Source: Paecilomyces variotii (taxonomy: Eukaryota). Taken from it: a stretch of 64,000 bases of DNA. The notes beneath the pieces were generated by a model. It did no database searches, was not told where the DNA came from, and saw only the letters and a program-made list of their open reading frames with translations. Below are positions 36,572 through 48,915 of the stretch, in pieces (the first letter of the stretch is position 1; the number at the start of each line of letters is the position of its first letter). Location of the stretch: the NCBI GenBank assembly GCA_004022145.1, contig RCNU01000008.1; one strand, written 5' to 3'. Both the position numbers and the translations under genes were made by a program.

Positions 36572-38366
36572 TGTGGTTATACAGATCTACCAGGCGAACG
36601 ATCTGTCGATAGGTCGGTTGGCGCAAGGGCAGTTGAGATCCGATCCCAATATTGGAAACACGCGATACAAAAGCTTGCTATCTGCCGCAGAATAGGGGTC
36701 TTTTCGGGGGGGATCAGTGTCGCATATGGGCTCCTCGATCGATCAATCCACCGTTTACTGATGACGGGCACTCTCCAAAACGTTGCGGACTGGCGCTGTG
36801 GGCGAAGAACACTTGCGGTAGTTACTCCAGGGGATTGTTGGTTCGAATGGAGGTCGCACAAGGGCTTCGACAGCTGCGTTACCGTGGACTGAGAGTCTAG
36901 CAATCACTATTTCGCCGTTTCGGTACAGTAGGAGGTGAGAAATTCAAAATGCGGAATCAACCGCTTTGTTGTTTTAAAACAAAAAGCACAAAAAAACAGA
37001 CAGACAAGTTATCACAGGTATGCTCAATCCACGAGGATGAAGATCCAGGCGGAGTGATGAGATCCAGAGAGACCGAGGGGGTAATTTTTCCAGAGGGGAA
37101 GGGGAGCCGGAGGGCCTGATCGCGAGTATTTATCTCGAGACGAAGCTTCTTCTTCCTGCGAGGCTTTTTGGCGCTATAAAAAAAATATCAAAATTTTACG
37201 CCCGCAAGCGGCAGGCGATAAGACAGAGATGACCGTGGCTCAATCGGCCATCTGGGAGAGAAGCAGGACCCGTCGAACAGTCCTGGCCCAATTAACGCGG
37301 GATGGATGAACCTCTTTCGGGCAACTTTGTCACTGGTCGAAGATAGCAGAAGGCGATCGACTTGAGGCCTTTGGATATCCACCGGCTGCTAACTAACTAA
37401 TTAATTCCTCTTAGCCACAACGATCCGGCAACGCCGTCGGCCCCGCGATGTCTGAGCCCAGGTCTTGTTTCTTCTTGACAGTAGTAGTGCTAGATGATGG
37501 TACTCCGTATACTTATTATTGCTCAATGATACCGCAGTGGATTCCTGATCTAATTATTAGCTAGAACTCTCTCGACGGGCATCTTCCGAACAACGACTCC
37601 CTTCCGAGTCCTTTCTCACATACAGGGAATACTGTAGGATACTTCCAAAGACCTCAAAACTTTTCTCTTTCCTTCTTTCTTTCCTTTTAACCTTTGCCCT
37701 AGCGGCGCAAATACCTGGTTTCGACTCCATGGCCGCGCGGGGTTGACCACACGATGCGGCGAAGAAAAAAAAAAAGGTGCCACCAGCGGGCCAAAGCGAC
37801 GGTAGAACCGAACGTTTTTGACAACTAACACAGCTTGGATCGGCGAATAATAATGATCACAGGGAGGCAAGAATGGGGTCGCCATGTGCCAGGAATCATA
37901 ATAATGTCCGATTACCTTTCGTTTAGACTGACCCCTTTCGGCAACGCAGAGCCTAAAACTTTCCACGCGCACGTTGACTTAACTTACCAGTCGACAACTC
38001 GAACAAATGGTTATACTTAACTTGTGGTATGTGGTGTGCTGTAGAGTAACGCTTCCAGTGGCCTGCTTCATCGTCCAACTCGCGAAAGCTACAATATCAG
38101 CGTACATACAAATCGTCAGTCAACAGACTCAAAAGGCTGTCCAAGATGTAATCAAAATAGCGCAACCGAAAAAAAAAAAAGAAGAACCAGAAGAAGAATA
38201 ACAAGAATAATCACAATAGGAAGACTTCACTACCTAGAATAGTTCCATGCAGAGTCCACCGTAATAAACCGTCTAATACATGCAGGTACATTCTCTCCCA
38301 TCCAATCAGTATACACTTGTTTTTTAGTATTTTCCATCGTTGTCATTACCTACGTCCTAGAATATA

Positions 38367-38387
38367 AATCAATCAATCAATCAATCA
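38367..38387 (+). repeat. (AATC)5 microsatellite
   Basis: Direct reading. Confidence 0.8.
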
Positions 38388-39219
38388 GCTTCCCCGCACA
38401 TCTGATGGATCCCTCTTACTACTACTATTATGGATACTATAACTTACTTCACTATTATTATACAAGCCTTATCTCCATATCTCTCTTCCTTGCCGGCACT
38501 ATCCCCCAAAAAAGCAATGCTTTCCGCAGATTCTTACCCATCCATCCATCCACTCACCCCCTGCTCGAGCTAAACTATCATGGCGCTAAGTATTAAGTAT
38601 AGTACATATCTACTGTCAGGCATATTTATCGCCGACTTCTGATTCGAGGCTGGGATTAGTCGTCCTGATAGAGTAGTAATGCCCTCCCGTTCAACCCAAT
38701 CTTATCTTAACCGTCAACTTTCCCGCTTTCCCGTGGGGACAGCAGGTTTCAATCCATATTGATTCTCCATTATTCCGCCGGGGAACCATCGGAGAAAAGA
38801 TATATATCTCGATGAAATATTTGCTGTTCATGGGTTTGACGATAGTGACGCCTGATCTTTTGATCGCAGACGATAGATGTAGGCGGAAATAGGAGAGGGC
38901 GCTGGCTACTGGAACAAGTTCCTCTGTACGGGACCTACGGGTTGTCTCAGCAGGAAAAGGACTCTAAAACCAGTGGTATATATATATAGACCGATGACAT
39001 TATATTCAATCTGAAGTTTTAATACCGTGAACGAAACATGAATAGAAACAAAAGGTGTCTAAACGCCATTCCCCGTCTATCAAGACCCTGATCCAGAAAC
39101 GATGAGAGAAAAAGTCATTAAAGCTCGTCACACAAAGTTCTCTTTTGCAAAAGTCACTGTCCAGTCAAACAAGCATATAGAATGAGATCCGTCTTAAATG
39201 TTGCACATCCGACATGCGA

Positions 39220-42200
39220 TTACTCGGCTTCGTCGTCGGTGTTAGGAGGGTGGGGTGTTCCCTTCGGGCTGTTCAGCCACTCGATGTGTCTCAGTCTCCG
39301 ACGCGTCTCTCTCTCCTTCATCTGCGCACGCGTCAACTTCTTCTTCTTCTTGGCCTTGAACTTCAGGTCGCCGGTATCTTCAGCGCCGGAGTTGACAGCG
39401 GACGGGGCAGCGCTGGTAGCAGTAGAGTTGGCAGCGGTACTGCCACCCTTGGGCGAGCTCGCTGCGCTGTCCTCGAAGCGATCCAGAGAGACGGCCGTGT
39501 TGGTACGGGACACGATGCGACCGTCCGCAATATGGATCTGCTCGGGGCATAGAGCGCCAACGAATTCCTCGTTATGGGAAATCATCACGACACCGCCCTT
39601 GTAGTCGCGAATGGCGACAGCCAGACCACCCAGGGAATCACGGTCCAAGAAGTTGGTCGGCTCGTCCAGAACGAGCAAGTGAGGGTTGTTCCACATGGCA
39701 CCGGCAAGGACAACCTTGACTTTTTGTCCACCGGACAGGCCACCGATTTGGTTGTGGTTGGCGATCTCCGGGTCAAGACCGACGTCTTCGAAGTGCTTCG
39801 AGATGACCTTGGGCTCCAAGACACGATATCCAAGACCCTCACGCGACGCTTCGTGGTCATCGAACTCCTGGATGAGCTTGGCGAAGCCCAGCTCCAGTAG
39901 GGTTTCACGAGAGATCATGGTATTGAACTTAGGTAGGAGACCAACCCATTTCCTGAGAAGCTGTCAGTCAGGTTCTATAGATTGCCAACGGCTCCATAGG
40001 GGCAGAACTTACACTTCGTACTGGAACGACTTCTTGTATTTCTGTCGACCAATGAGCGCCTCGATGCGGCGAGGACCACGACCGTCTCCCAGGTCAACAG
40101 GTTTCTCCATCTGGGCCTTCTCATCATCGGTCAAGATTCTAGTCTGCTTCATGAGGACCTCACGGTCATCACCATTGGCGTATCGCCACTGGAGATATTG
40201 GTTGGGTGTCTTCTCCAGATGCATCTCCACGTGCTCGAGAGCGTGCTGCTTGATGTAACCGATACGCAGGTTGGGGTGTTTCTCCACCTTTCCAGTCTGA
40301 GGGATGGTCTCACCCGTGAGGAGCTTGATGAAGGTGGACTTTCCAGCTCCGTTACCACCGATGATAGCGGTACGAGAGGAGAGAGTGAGAGTAATTGAAG
40401 CATCACTGAGCGAAGGCTTACTGGCTCCCGGGTAGGTATAAGAGCAGTTGGTCATACGCAGGATCGCTCGCGTCTGAGACTTGATACCGGACAAGATACC
40501 AGGGGGCGGGAACTTGAACTGCACGTTGGAAGCCGAGAGTGTGTAGTAGCTCTTAGCCTCGGGCTTGACTTTGACGAAACTGTTCATCTGATTAGTATAT
40601 AGCAACATAACTAGAGGGGAAAAAGATCTACTCACGCAGCGAGATTACCCTTGTAGCAGACCAACTTCTTCTGCTCGTAGTGGTAGATGTCCGTGCAAAC
40701 CTCATCCAAGAAGCCTGAGTCGTGACTGACAATCAAACTGGTGATCTCAGTGTGCTTCTTCAGATATTCCTGCAGCCATTTGATGTTGGCAACATCCAAG
40801 TGGTTGGTAGGCTCATCCAGCAGCAAAACGTCTGCCTTCATCAGCATGGCGCGGGCAAGCGCCAACTTCATCTTCCAACCTCCGGAAAGAGAGCCAACTT
40901 TCTGTGACTGTCTGCCCTCCGGACCCGAGGTGAAGCCGAACTCACTGAGAACCTCCGAAATGTGCTCTGTGCCCACAGCAGCGATCTCGGGATCCTTGGC
41001 CACGAATTCGAGGATACTCAGATCAGCGTCCTCACCCTGGTTGTGTTCTACAAAGCACGTCTTGACGACATCCCTCGGAGGGAAGCCTTCCAGCTTACCA
41101 TTTGCGATACTTCGCATCAGGGTAGACTTTCCGGCACCGTTTCGGCCACACAGACCGTATCTGTGGCCCTTGAGCAGACGTAGGTTGGTGTGAGACAGAA
41201 GCAACATTCCTCCATAAGCCAGGGAGAAATCGGCGTTGACAATCTCGACCTCGTCACTGTCTTCCTGGACAGGCTTGCCGAATTTCCGGTGGTCTTCCTC
41301 GACGAAGAAGGTCTGGACTTCAGAGGCCACAGCCTCGTGTTGCTCATCCTTGAGGAGGCCACGGAGGTATGGACCAATGCAGGCGACGATGCGGTCGTGC
41401 ATTCTGCAGTTGACGTCCTCCCGGACCATCTCGGCCACATAGGTCTTGACCAAGTCGAAGAATGGGGCATCCTGCTGCTGGGCCAGACCACCGTGCTGTT
41501 CGACCTTCTCAAGAAGGACCTTGAGAACATCTTCAGGGGTAGTCTTGGCAATGGCACCAGTCGCCAGGTTTCCATCGCTGTCGCCCATAGCCTTCTCGAT
41601 AACGCTCAAGGCTCTAGAAGCCAGCTCTCGAACCTCGGGAAGGGACGCGCGATCTTTCACGCCCTGGACACCGGGCTTCAACTTGGGAAGGAAAGTCCTG
41701 GCTTCGGCGGGATCGTGAACAAGCTTGGTCAAGTTCTCAACAACGACGACTGTCTGGCGGAGAACTTCCTGCGGGGTCGTGGGAGTGTTGAGGGATCGCT
41801 CCAAGAGAGGAGTGAGAAGGGCCAAGACAGGAGAGGTAACGATTGCAACGAATGTGGTCTGGGAAAGTGCCAGGATGGCCTTCTGAAGAGTAGTGGCGGA
41901 TGGCTCGGCCATAGCCTTGATCAGGAGGGGAATTCTGGGAGCGACATCGTCGTTGGAGAGAAGAGTCGTAAGGGCGTTCATTGCCTTGGTCGCCTGCTTC
42001 GCGACCTCGCCCTTCAAGTCATGCATACCGGACTCGACAATAGGAATGAGATCCTTCAGAGTCTTTCCCATGGCTTCACGGAGCAGATCCTTCTGACGCT
42101 CCTCCTCCTTGGTACCCGTTCCCATCTGAGCCTTCTGCGCCATCTTCTCGATGATGGCATACGCACCGACAGCGCCCTGCCATTTTCCGCTGCCCTTGCC

Positions 42201-42704
42201 GAGGTACTGCGAAACAGCAGGAAGAAGAGCATTGACCAGCGACTCGGGCTTGAGGCAGACGAAGAGAGCGTCAATTGCATACTGAGCTGACTCACGCACG
42301 ACAGCACCTTTATCGGCCAGAGCATCCAAGGCGAGGTTGAGGACACCGCCGTCCTGAATCAGGAAGACAACCTCGCTGGCCGGGTGCTCCCGAGGGAACC
42401 GCTCGAACAGAGCACCCAGGATGAGCATAGCACCCTCGCGTTTAGCACCATTCTTCTTATCCGTGGCCGCCTTCTTGATTTCCGGCAAAAGGTTGTAGTT
42501 GTGCAGACCGCGTACGCCGACCGACTGGATGAGTAGGTTCGTCAGAGCGTAGGAGGCATCGAGGGACTGCTGCGAGGTCTCCGCCGTGAAGATGGTATTG
42601 AGAAGCGATGAGACCTCCTCGTTGGTCGGAGGCACCGCAGACGGCGTCTTGGACACGACAGTAGGCATGGCTGGCGATTCTGCAGGGGAGATGTGGTGTG
42701 GCAT
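39220..42704 (-). CDS. new1: New1/Elf1, eEF3-like ABCF ATPase with chromodomain
   Basis: Exons 42704-40636, 40579-40013, 39952-39220. HEAT repeats, two ABC cassettes (GRNGAGKS/LSGGW/LLLDEPTNHLD; GGNGAGKS/LSGGQ), chromo insert YEVKW, and New1-type tail RRLRHIEWLNSPKGTP..DDE. The start may be 42668. Confidence 0.93.
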
Positions 42705-42945
42705 CGTCTCCAACGGCGTTCACACAAAGACGAAAAACTTCAACTGAGGGGTAATCGATCAAAAGGCTCGCCTCCGGACGCGAGTACGGAAACAGACGGG
42801 ATGAAAAAAAAGAAGAGTCTATCACAAACGCACGAGATCTATAAACAAAAAGATAGAAAACCAACAGATTTACAATCGTGACACGCCCGCCTGCGGTCCG
42901 ATGTAATTTGAGAAGAGGGGAGAGGGGAGAGGATGAAAAGAGACG

Positions 42946-42960
42946 AGAGAGAGAGAGAGA
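42946..42960 (+). repeat. (GA)n tract upstream of new1
   Basis: Direct reading; pyrimidine-rich on the coding strand, as is common for fungal core promoters. Confidence 0.6.
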
Positions 42961-43349
42961 TTGCAGCCCGTCGAGTTAGTGATTATTTTATTTTTTTTAT
43001 CTTAGCGGCGGCAGCTGAGATAAACTCCAGCCTGAGGCAGAAATGCGGGCGCTGACCAATCCGACTGCAGTCTGTCGAAGCGTGGCGGAAAGGGGAAAAA
43101 AGTCGGTCGCGGAGTTTTACGGTGGCGTTGGTAATAATTAGTATTATTATTAACCGGGGGACGGGAGGATCTGGATTCTTGATCTATTGGGTCTATTGTT
43201 GTTCATGACTCGTCTGAGACCGGACTTTTCGGGTCCTGGCAATGGCAGGGGAGGAACAGTTATATGTATATACATCGGCAAGAACTGATGATAATGCAGA
43301 GATAACCCGCAGCTACACGAGCGTCCATCTTACAGCATTTGAAAATCTA

Positions 43350-45456
43350 TTAGAAACCTGTGGCAAGCAGATGTGTCAGCATGCTTTAATTACTCCAGGG
43401 AGGAAATACGACTGTTCGAGAGCCAACTGACCTTTCTCCGTGTTTCCTTCTCCCATACTCCTGTTGCTGCTGCTGCCGCTCTGAATCGCCCCGAGGATGC
43501 CGTCCATGTAGGGAGCACCACTCCACTTCTGGTGCGTGAGGACATCGACCTTCAGCTCCTTCTCACGGGACTGGATCAATCGCACATATGCCAGCATGCC
43601 TTCATCCTTGAAGGCACGCGACAGTTCCGTGGTGATTGTGGCATTGGAGTGGAGACCGGCGAGCGAGATAAGTTGAAGCACAAAGCTAAGGGAAGTCATC
43701 AATTAGCAGGTGGCCAGCACATCCGCAGAAGGAGGTTACTCACCCATGCTTGGCAAGATCCCAGACGAAGGACTTAAGACTCTGCTCATCAAATCCTTGG
43801 CCCATCCAGTTGAAAGACGGACTGAGGTTGTACACCAATTTCTTGCCGGGGAACGCGCTTCGAACCTCTCCAGCAAGTCCCGCGGCTTTCTCGACATTGG
43901 GGTCACCGGTCTCAACCCATAGGAGATCCGCATACGGAGCGAACTCCTTGGCTCGCTTCGTCGCAGCGGGGAATCCTGCGCGGTAATGGTAGAACCCTTC
44001 TCTGGTTCGGGGAACGTCCCACGACCACACAACGGGGCTTTTGGTAAAGTCGTTTGCCAGCTCCCGACGACGCGAAAGGGCGAGATCAGGGGTCTCGCGG
44101 ACCTTGGCCTTGTAGGCGTCTCGGACAGACTGCGACGCTCCCTCCTTCTCCAGATGCAGGTCGACAGCTATCGAGAACCTTTAGTAAACCTCAAACGGTA
44201 TTTATCGTATGGGGAGAACGTACCTTCATCGAACGTTACCAGCTTGTGTCTCTTCACCCAATCCAGCTCGTAAGCATCGATTTCGGCCGAGGAAGCACCT
44301 TCACGCTCCATTGCCTGAAGGGTCTCGGCCAGAGGCTCAGTCTCCTCCGTAACACCAAGAATGAACTCATGGTCACGAACGTCGATAGCGCTACTGATGA
44401 GCTTGCCGCTCTCAGAGTCCGTTCGCGCGATCAGCAGGTTCTCGGTTCCCATCATGTCCCATTGGAAACGAGCAGCTACCAGGCGGTTGATATGTTCGCC
44501 CACAGGAACCAGGACCTTTCCTGCGAGATGTCCGCATTTCTTCCCCCCATGCAGCTGATCTTCGAAATGGACCGCTGCAGCTCCATTTTCAGCAAAGAGC
44601 TTGGCGAGTTTCAGGACGGCTGAAAGTCCTCCGTGACTAGGATTTGTCAGTAAACAGTATTGCAACACCATGATCGAGAATCTCATACCCAGTATCGCCG
44701 TCAGCCACAATCGGCCTCAGGTAGTCAATGTAAGGCGTCGATTTACGTTCCTCTGGAGTCAGCTTCCGGCGCGCGTCGAAGTGCTTGCGGTCGTGCAATT
44801 GCTGGGCTTTGAAGAGTCTCTGAACCTGGTTTGGCACGGTGTTGTATGGGTAATCACCAAAGTCTGCGGAGACTTCATTGGTAGTTGTCAATAGAGACGA
44901 GCATGCCCACCCGGAAACGTATAGAATTTCCTGGTTTGGAGCTTGCTGGGTCATCTGTACCGGGTCGATGGCGCCCACTAGAAGTTGTCAGACGTATGCT
45001 TCCTTACAGTACCAGCAGAAAACCGTAGCGCTTACTGGTATGGACAGGCAGCCCCTGCGCCGCCCTCTCATTGAGCAGGTTAAAGAGCTTCCGTGCCATT
45101 ATTGAACTTGGATATGTCTGCTGTAGAGACCCCCGCTTGCTCACAACATCCGCCGCACTATACGGCCGCTTGATTCCCTCGAACCGAGGGGTCTTCCACC
45201 AGGCTTCCACATCCTTCACCTGCTGCTCGAAAAGAGCATCCTCAGCTTCTCCTGCCTTGTCCGCTGTCGACAGCAATTGAAACGAGTCCGATGGCAGTGT
45301 GGTCGACACTGGCGGCTCAACAGGGCGGAGGGACGAAGCCATCCGAGGATAGCCGACTGTGAAGGTCCGGACTGCTGTGCGAGACAAGCAGCCAGAAGTT
45401 GTAGATGGTCCAGGAACGCGACGAGGAACTCGACGAGCAACAGAGCGGAGCATCAT
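43350..45456 (-). CDS. mclA: 2-methylisocitrate lyase, mitochondrial
   Basis: Six exons, including a terminal 8-nt micro-exon 43357-43350 after intron 43358-43431 (…GNTEK|GF*). Arg-rich presequence, [47 protein letters not shown] and THQKWSGA. Confidence 0.95.
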
Positions 45457-46264
45457 GGCCGACAATGATCTTCACAAACGTGATGTTCAGGGCCGACAAT
45501 AAGAATTGCAGAGCCCCAAGCAAAGGATAACTTAGGTTTCACGTTATAGCCAGTTAGTCAGTCAGTTGCAGCTTAGGTAGCTGATGAATGGCAAACGCCG
45601 CCTCGGCCAAGTACCCGAGGTCTCTGGCAATCCGACCAGCTGGATCACCGGAAATCGGAGGGAAAGTAATGTGCAGGTTGCTGATCACCGATCTTCCACA
45701 GTTCGACCATCTAACTAAGACGCAGGACTTACACGTTTCGGTTGACCGAGAGGCGTTCGCAGATTCCAGCCGAACCAGGGCGACGGTATGCGCAAAGCTC
45801 AGATCACCAACTAGTTAGTTCTAGAGCGCACACAAAAGTGTCCGAAAGGAGCTTAGCAGTGCAGAAACCCTTTGGAGGCCAAGATGCGGTTTTCGCTGAT
45901 TAGAAATGGCCGGTCTCGCGAGAGGCAGGAGAATGAGAAGAAGCTCGGGAGTCTCTCTCACCCCTCAGCGGCTAAGCTAAGCTCAGTCGTGGCGTCTCCT
46001 CCTCTCCTGTCCCGACAACATCCCTCGGCTCATGCATTCTCACCGCGGGAAACCGAAGATGTGGCCTGACGGCATGATCCTGGTCGCTGCTGCTTATTTC
46101 TCGCCGGTCGAAGCGATTCACCCTTCTTGATATTTTTTTTTTCTAAACCTCCAGGTCTGGTCTGTATAACTATACTCGTCTTTTGGCTCTCCCCGCTAAG
46201 CTTCTCCGTCCCGTTCCCCAGCTTTAGCTGTCAGCCCCATTTTACCCCACAGATTCCCCAGACA
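45457..46264. promoter_or_regulatory. Bidirectional mclA/mcsA promoter with FarA/FarB-type CCTCGG sites
   Basis: CCTCGG at 45601-45606, CCGAGG at 45615-45620 and CCTCGG at 46023-46028. Confidence 0.65.
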
Positions 46265-47804
46265 ATGGCGCTGGCGTCGAGAACAACCCGCCAGGCTCTG
46301 AAGCTGAATCAAGTATGTCTGCTGTCCAAATACCTTGATACAATATACGACTCGAGCCATTGGGCAGTGAGAGGAGAGCATAGACTTACTTTTCAGTAGA
46401 CGTCGCGATTCGCGACTAGATATGCGCGCCAGTATTCGACTGCGGAGAAGGATCTGAAGACCACCCTCAAGGAGGTCATCCCCGAAAAACGCGAGCTTCT
46501 GAAAAAGGTCAAGGCCCAGGACGATGTGATCGGTGATGTCAAAGTCTCCAATGTCATTGGAGGAATGCGTGGTCTGAAGGCGTTGGTCTGGGAGGGATCA
46601 GTGCTGGACCCGAACGAGGGCATCCGCTTCCATGGCAAGACGATCAAGGACTGCCAGAAGGAACTCCCCAAGGGAACATCCGGCACGGAGATGCTGCCAG
46701 AGGCTATGTTCTGGCTTCTGCTGACTGGTCAGGTTCCTTCAACCAGCCAGGTGCGCGCCTTCTCGCGTGAGCTGGCCGAGAAGTCTCATCTTCCCCAGCA
46801 CATCCTAGATCTGATCAAGTCGTTTCCCAAGCACATGCACCCAATGACCCAGCTCTCCATCGCTGTTGGGGCGCTTAACACAGAATCCCAGTTCGCAAAG
46901 GCATACGAGCAGGGCCTGAACAAGGCCGATTACTGGGAGCCTACTTTCGAAGACAGCATCTCTCTACTTGCCAAGATCCCTCGTGTGGCGGCTCTGGTTT
47001 TCCGTTCGAATGAGATTGACCAGGTTGGAAACCAGAAGTTGGATGCCGCTCAGGACTGGTCCTACAACTTCGCAGAACTCCTTGGCAAGGGTGGCAAAGA
47101 GAACGAGGACTTCCATGACTTGCTGAGACTCTACCTTGCTCTGCATGGAGACCACGAGGGTGGAAACGTTTCGGCTCACACTACTCACCTTGTCGGTAGC
47201 GCCCTCAGCGACCCGTTCCTGAGCTACAGTGCTGGATTGCTGGGTCTCGCCGGCCCGCTACACGGTCTTGCGGCCCAGGAAGTCCTTCGCTGGATCCTGG
47301 CCATGCAGGAGGAGATCGGCACCAAGTTCAGCGACGAGGACGTCCGAGACTACCTGTGGAAGACCCTGAAGTCGGGGCGTGTTGTCCCTGGCTATGGACA
47401 CGGAGTCCTGCGCAAGCCTGACCCTCGTTTCCAGGCCCTGATGGACTTTGCTGCCACTCGACAGGACGTCCTGGCCAACCCAGTCTTCCAGCTGGTCAAG
47501 AAGAACTCTGAGATCGCTCCTGGTGTTCTGACTGAGCACGGAAAGGTATGTTTGCTCATTCTTGATATGTTCCAAGATACACTGCTAACGAAAGATTTAG
47601 ACTAAGAACCCTCACCCGAATGTCGACGCTGCATCCGGCGTGCTGTTCTACCACTACGGTTTCCAGAAGCCCCTCTACTACACTGTCACGTTCGGAGTCA
47701 GCCGTGCTCTTGGACCTCTTGCACAGCTCATCTGGGATCGGGCTCTGGGTCTACCCATCGAGAGACCCAAGTCTATCAACCTGCAGGGTCTGCTGCAGAA
47801 ATAA
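46265..47804 (+). CDS. mcsA: 2-methylcitrate synthase, mitochondrial
   Basis: Exons 46265-46312, 46400-47545, 47601-47804. Presequence, [61 protein letters not shown]. Divergent from mclA. Confidence 0.95.
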
Positions 47805-48374
47805 TACAGCCACCTCCATCTTGACGTGACGAGAGCTTCAAAATTGTGTGATTTTCTTTATTCCCCATATGTAGATCTGTCCAAGGAGTGTTAGTTTCAT
47901 TCCTTCTGAACGTGCTGCTTCTCGAAACGTATCATTGACGAGTGATTGTGGAACGTGTTGTACACTGGCCAGTTTGAATTTCACTTATCAGAATAGACAC
48001 TAGAATCATTTAAAACTTGAATGCCTATAACTATTTATGCCGCCCTTATAAATTATTATTCGAGATCTCTGTATCGGAATAATATATGGTTTTATTTAGT
48101 CCTCGCAGAAGCACAGAGGGCCAGATATCGCAAAATCATTACCGGTCACTAATACATTATCTATGTTGAAACCATCTAGACATCTAGCTGGGGTTTCTTA
48201 AATTTAATATCTAACGGGGACTGCCCCTTATTTAACTCCTTATTAGACAAGGAACAATCAAAATATAATAATTGCATCTCCTAAGTCCGTAACCAAGCAA
48301 ACAACTAGCGGTTCACGAAACCATTCAATCAATGTCTCCTTCTGTGCTGTCCAGGATTAACTAATAGCACCAGA

Positions 48375-48680
48375 GCAGCATATGATCCACACGGCTTTTA
48401 TATGTCAAAACGCTTGGAGGAGGTGGTATATGAGGGCGGTACTGGCATGAAACTCAACATAACACTTAGGATGATGGCTGTACAGGCGCCATACAACTGA
48501 GCAAGAGGTACAGCGAGAGCTTCTTCACAGGCCACTTCTATCGGGCCCTGCTTCAGCGTATCCTTCTGGACAAGAAGATCATTCCTAAGCCAGGGGTACC
48601 GGCCGATTCTTCTAGTATGGAGTCAACTACAAAGGGAACTCTACACATCGTTGGTTCTCTCAGGAAGGGAGTATTTCAAC
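48375..48680 (+). pseudogene. Relic fragment of a METTL25/RRNAD1-like methyltransferase gene
   Basis: YDPHGFYMSKRLE..GTGMKLNITLRMMAVQAPYN, 1-nt frameshift at ~48498-48500, then SKRYSESFFTGHFYRALLQRILLD...IVGSLRK. No flanking exons were seen. Confidence 0.75.
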
Positions 48681-48915
48681 GCATATTTCACACGGCACTG
48701 TTATATACTTTGCTTATAACGTAAGTATTATACGTACATTGCCTCCCAACTGTGCTCCGATTCGCCAATTTATGTCTAAGCCAAACCATGGAACCTAACC
48801 CTGTACGAGTAACTACACCATTTGAATGAAAAAAAAAGCATATACATATATACAAGAGTAAACTGCTCATATCTTTCCTTCATTTTCTTCTCCCGTACTT
48901 CTACTAACTCCAAAC

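Noticed and set aside
38700-38760. tRNA-Glu-like string (..CGCTTTCCCGTGGGGAC..GGTTTCAATCC)
   Set aside because: I could not fold acceptor, D or anticodon stems, and the T-loop is non-canonical. tRNAscan-SE would settle it.
41190-42290. 366-aa antisense ORF in new1 (likewise 57944-58696, 35313-36035, 36209-36892, 12554-13174)
   Set aside because: Antisense shadows of well-supported genes.
39220-42704. Calling this gene canonical eEF3 (YEF3)
   Set aside because: The C-terminal RRLRHIEWLNSPKGTP tail and overall sequence fit the New1/Elf1 paralogue.
43350-45456. Calling this gene isocitrate lyase acuD
   Set aside because: The mitochondrial presequence, SGWACSS / CGHLAGK / ISLAGLH variants and pairing with mcsA indicate methylisocitrate lyase.
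47802-47850. Read-through PTS1 for mcsA (in-frame TCA AAA TTG = SKL after the stop)
   Set aside because: The SKL is not followed by a stop, and the TAA context is not leaky.
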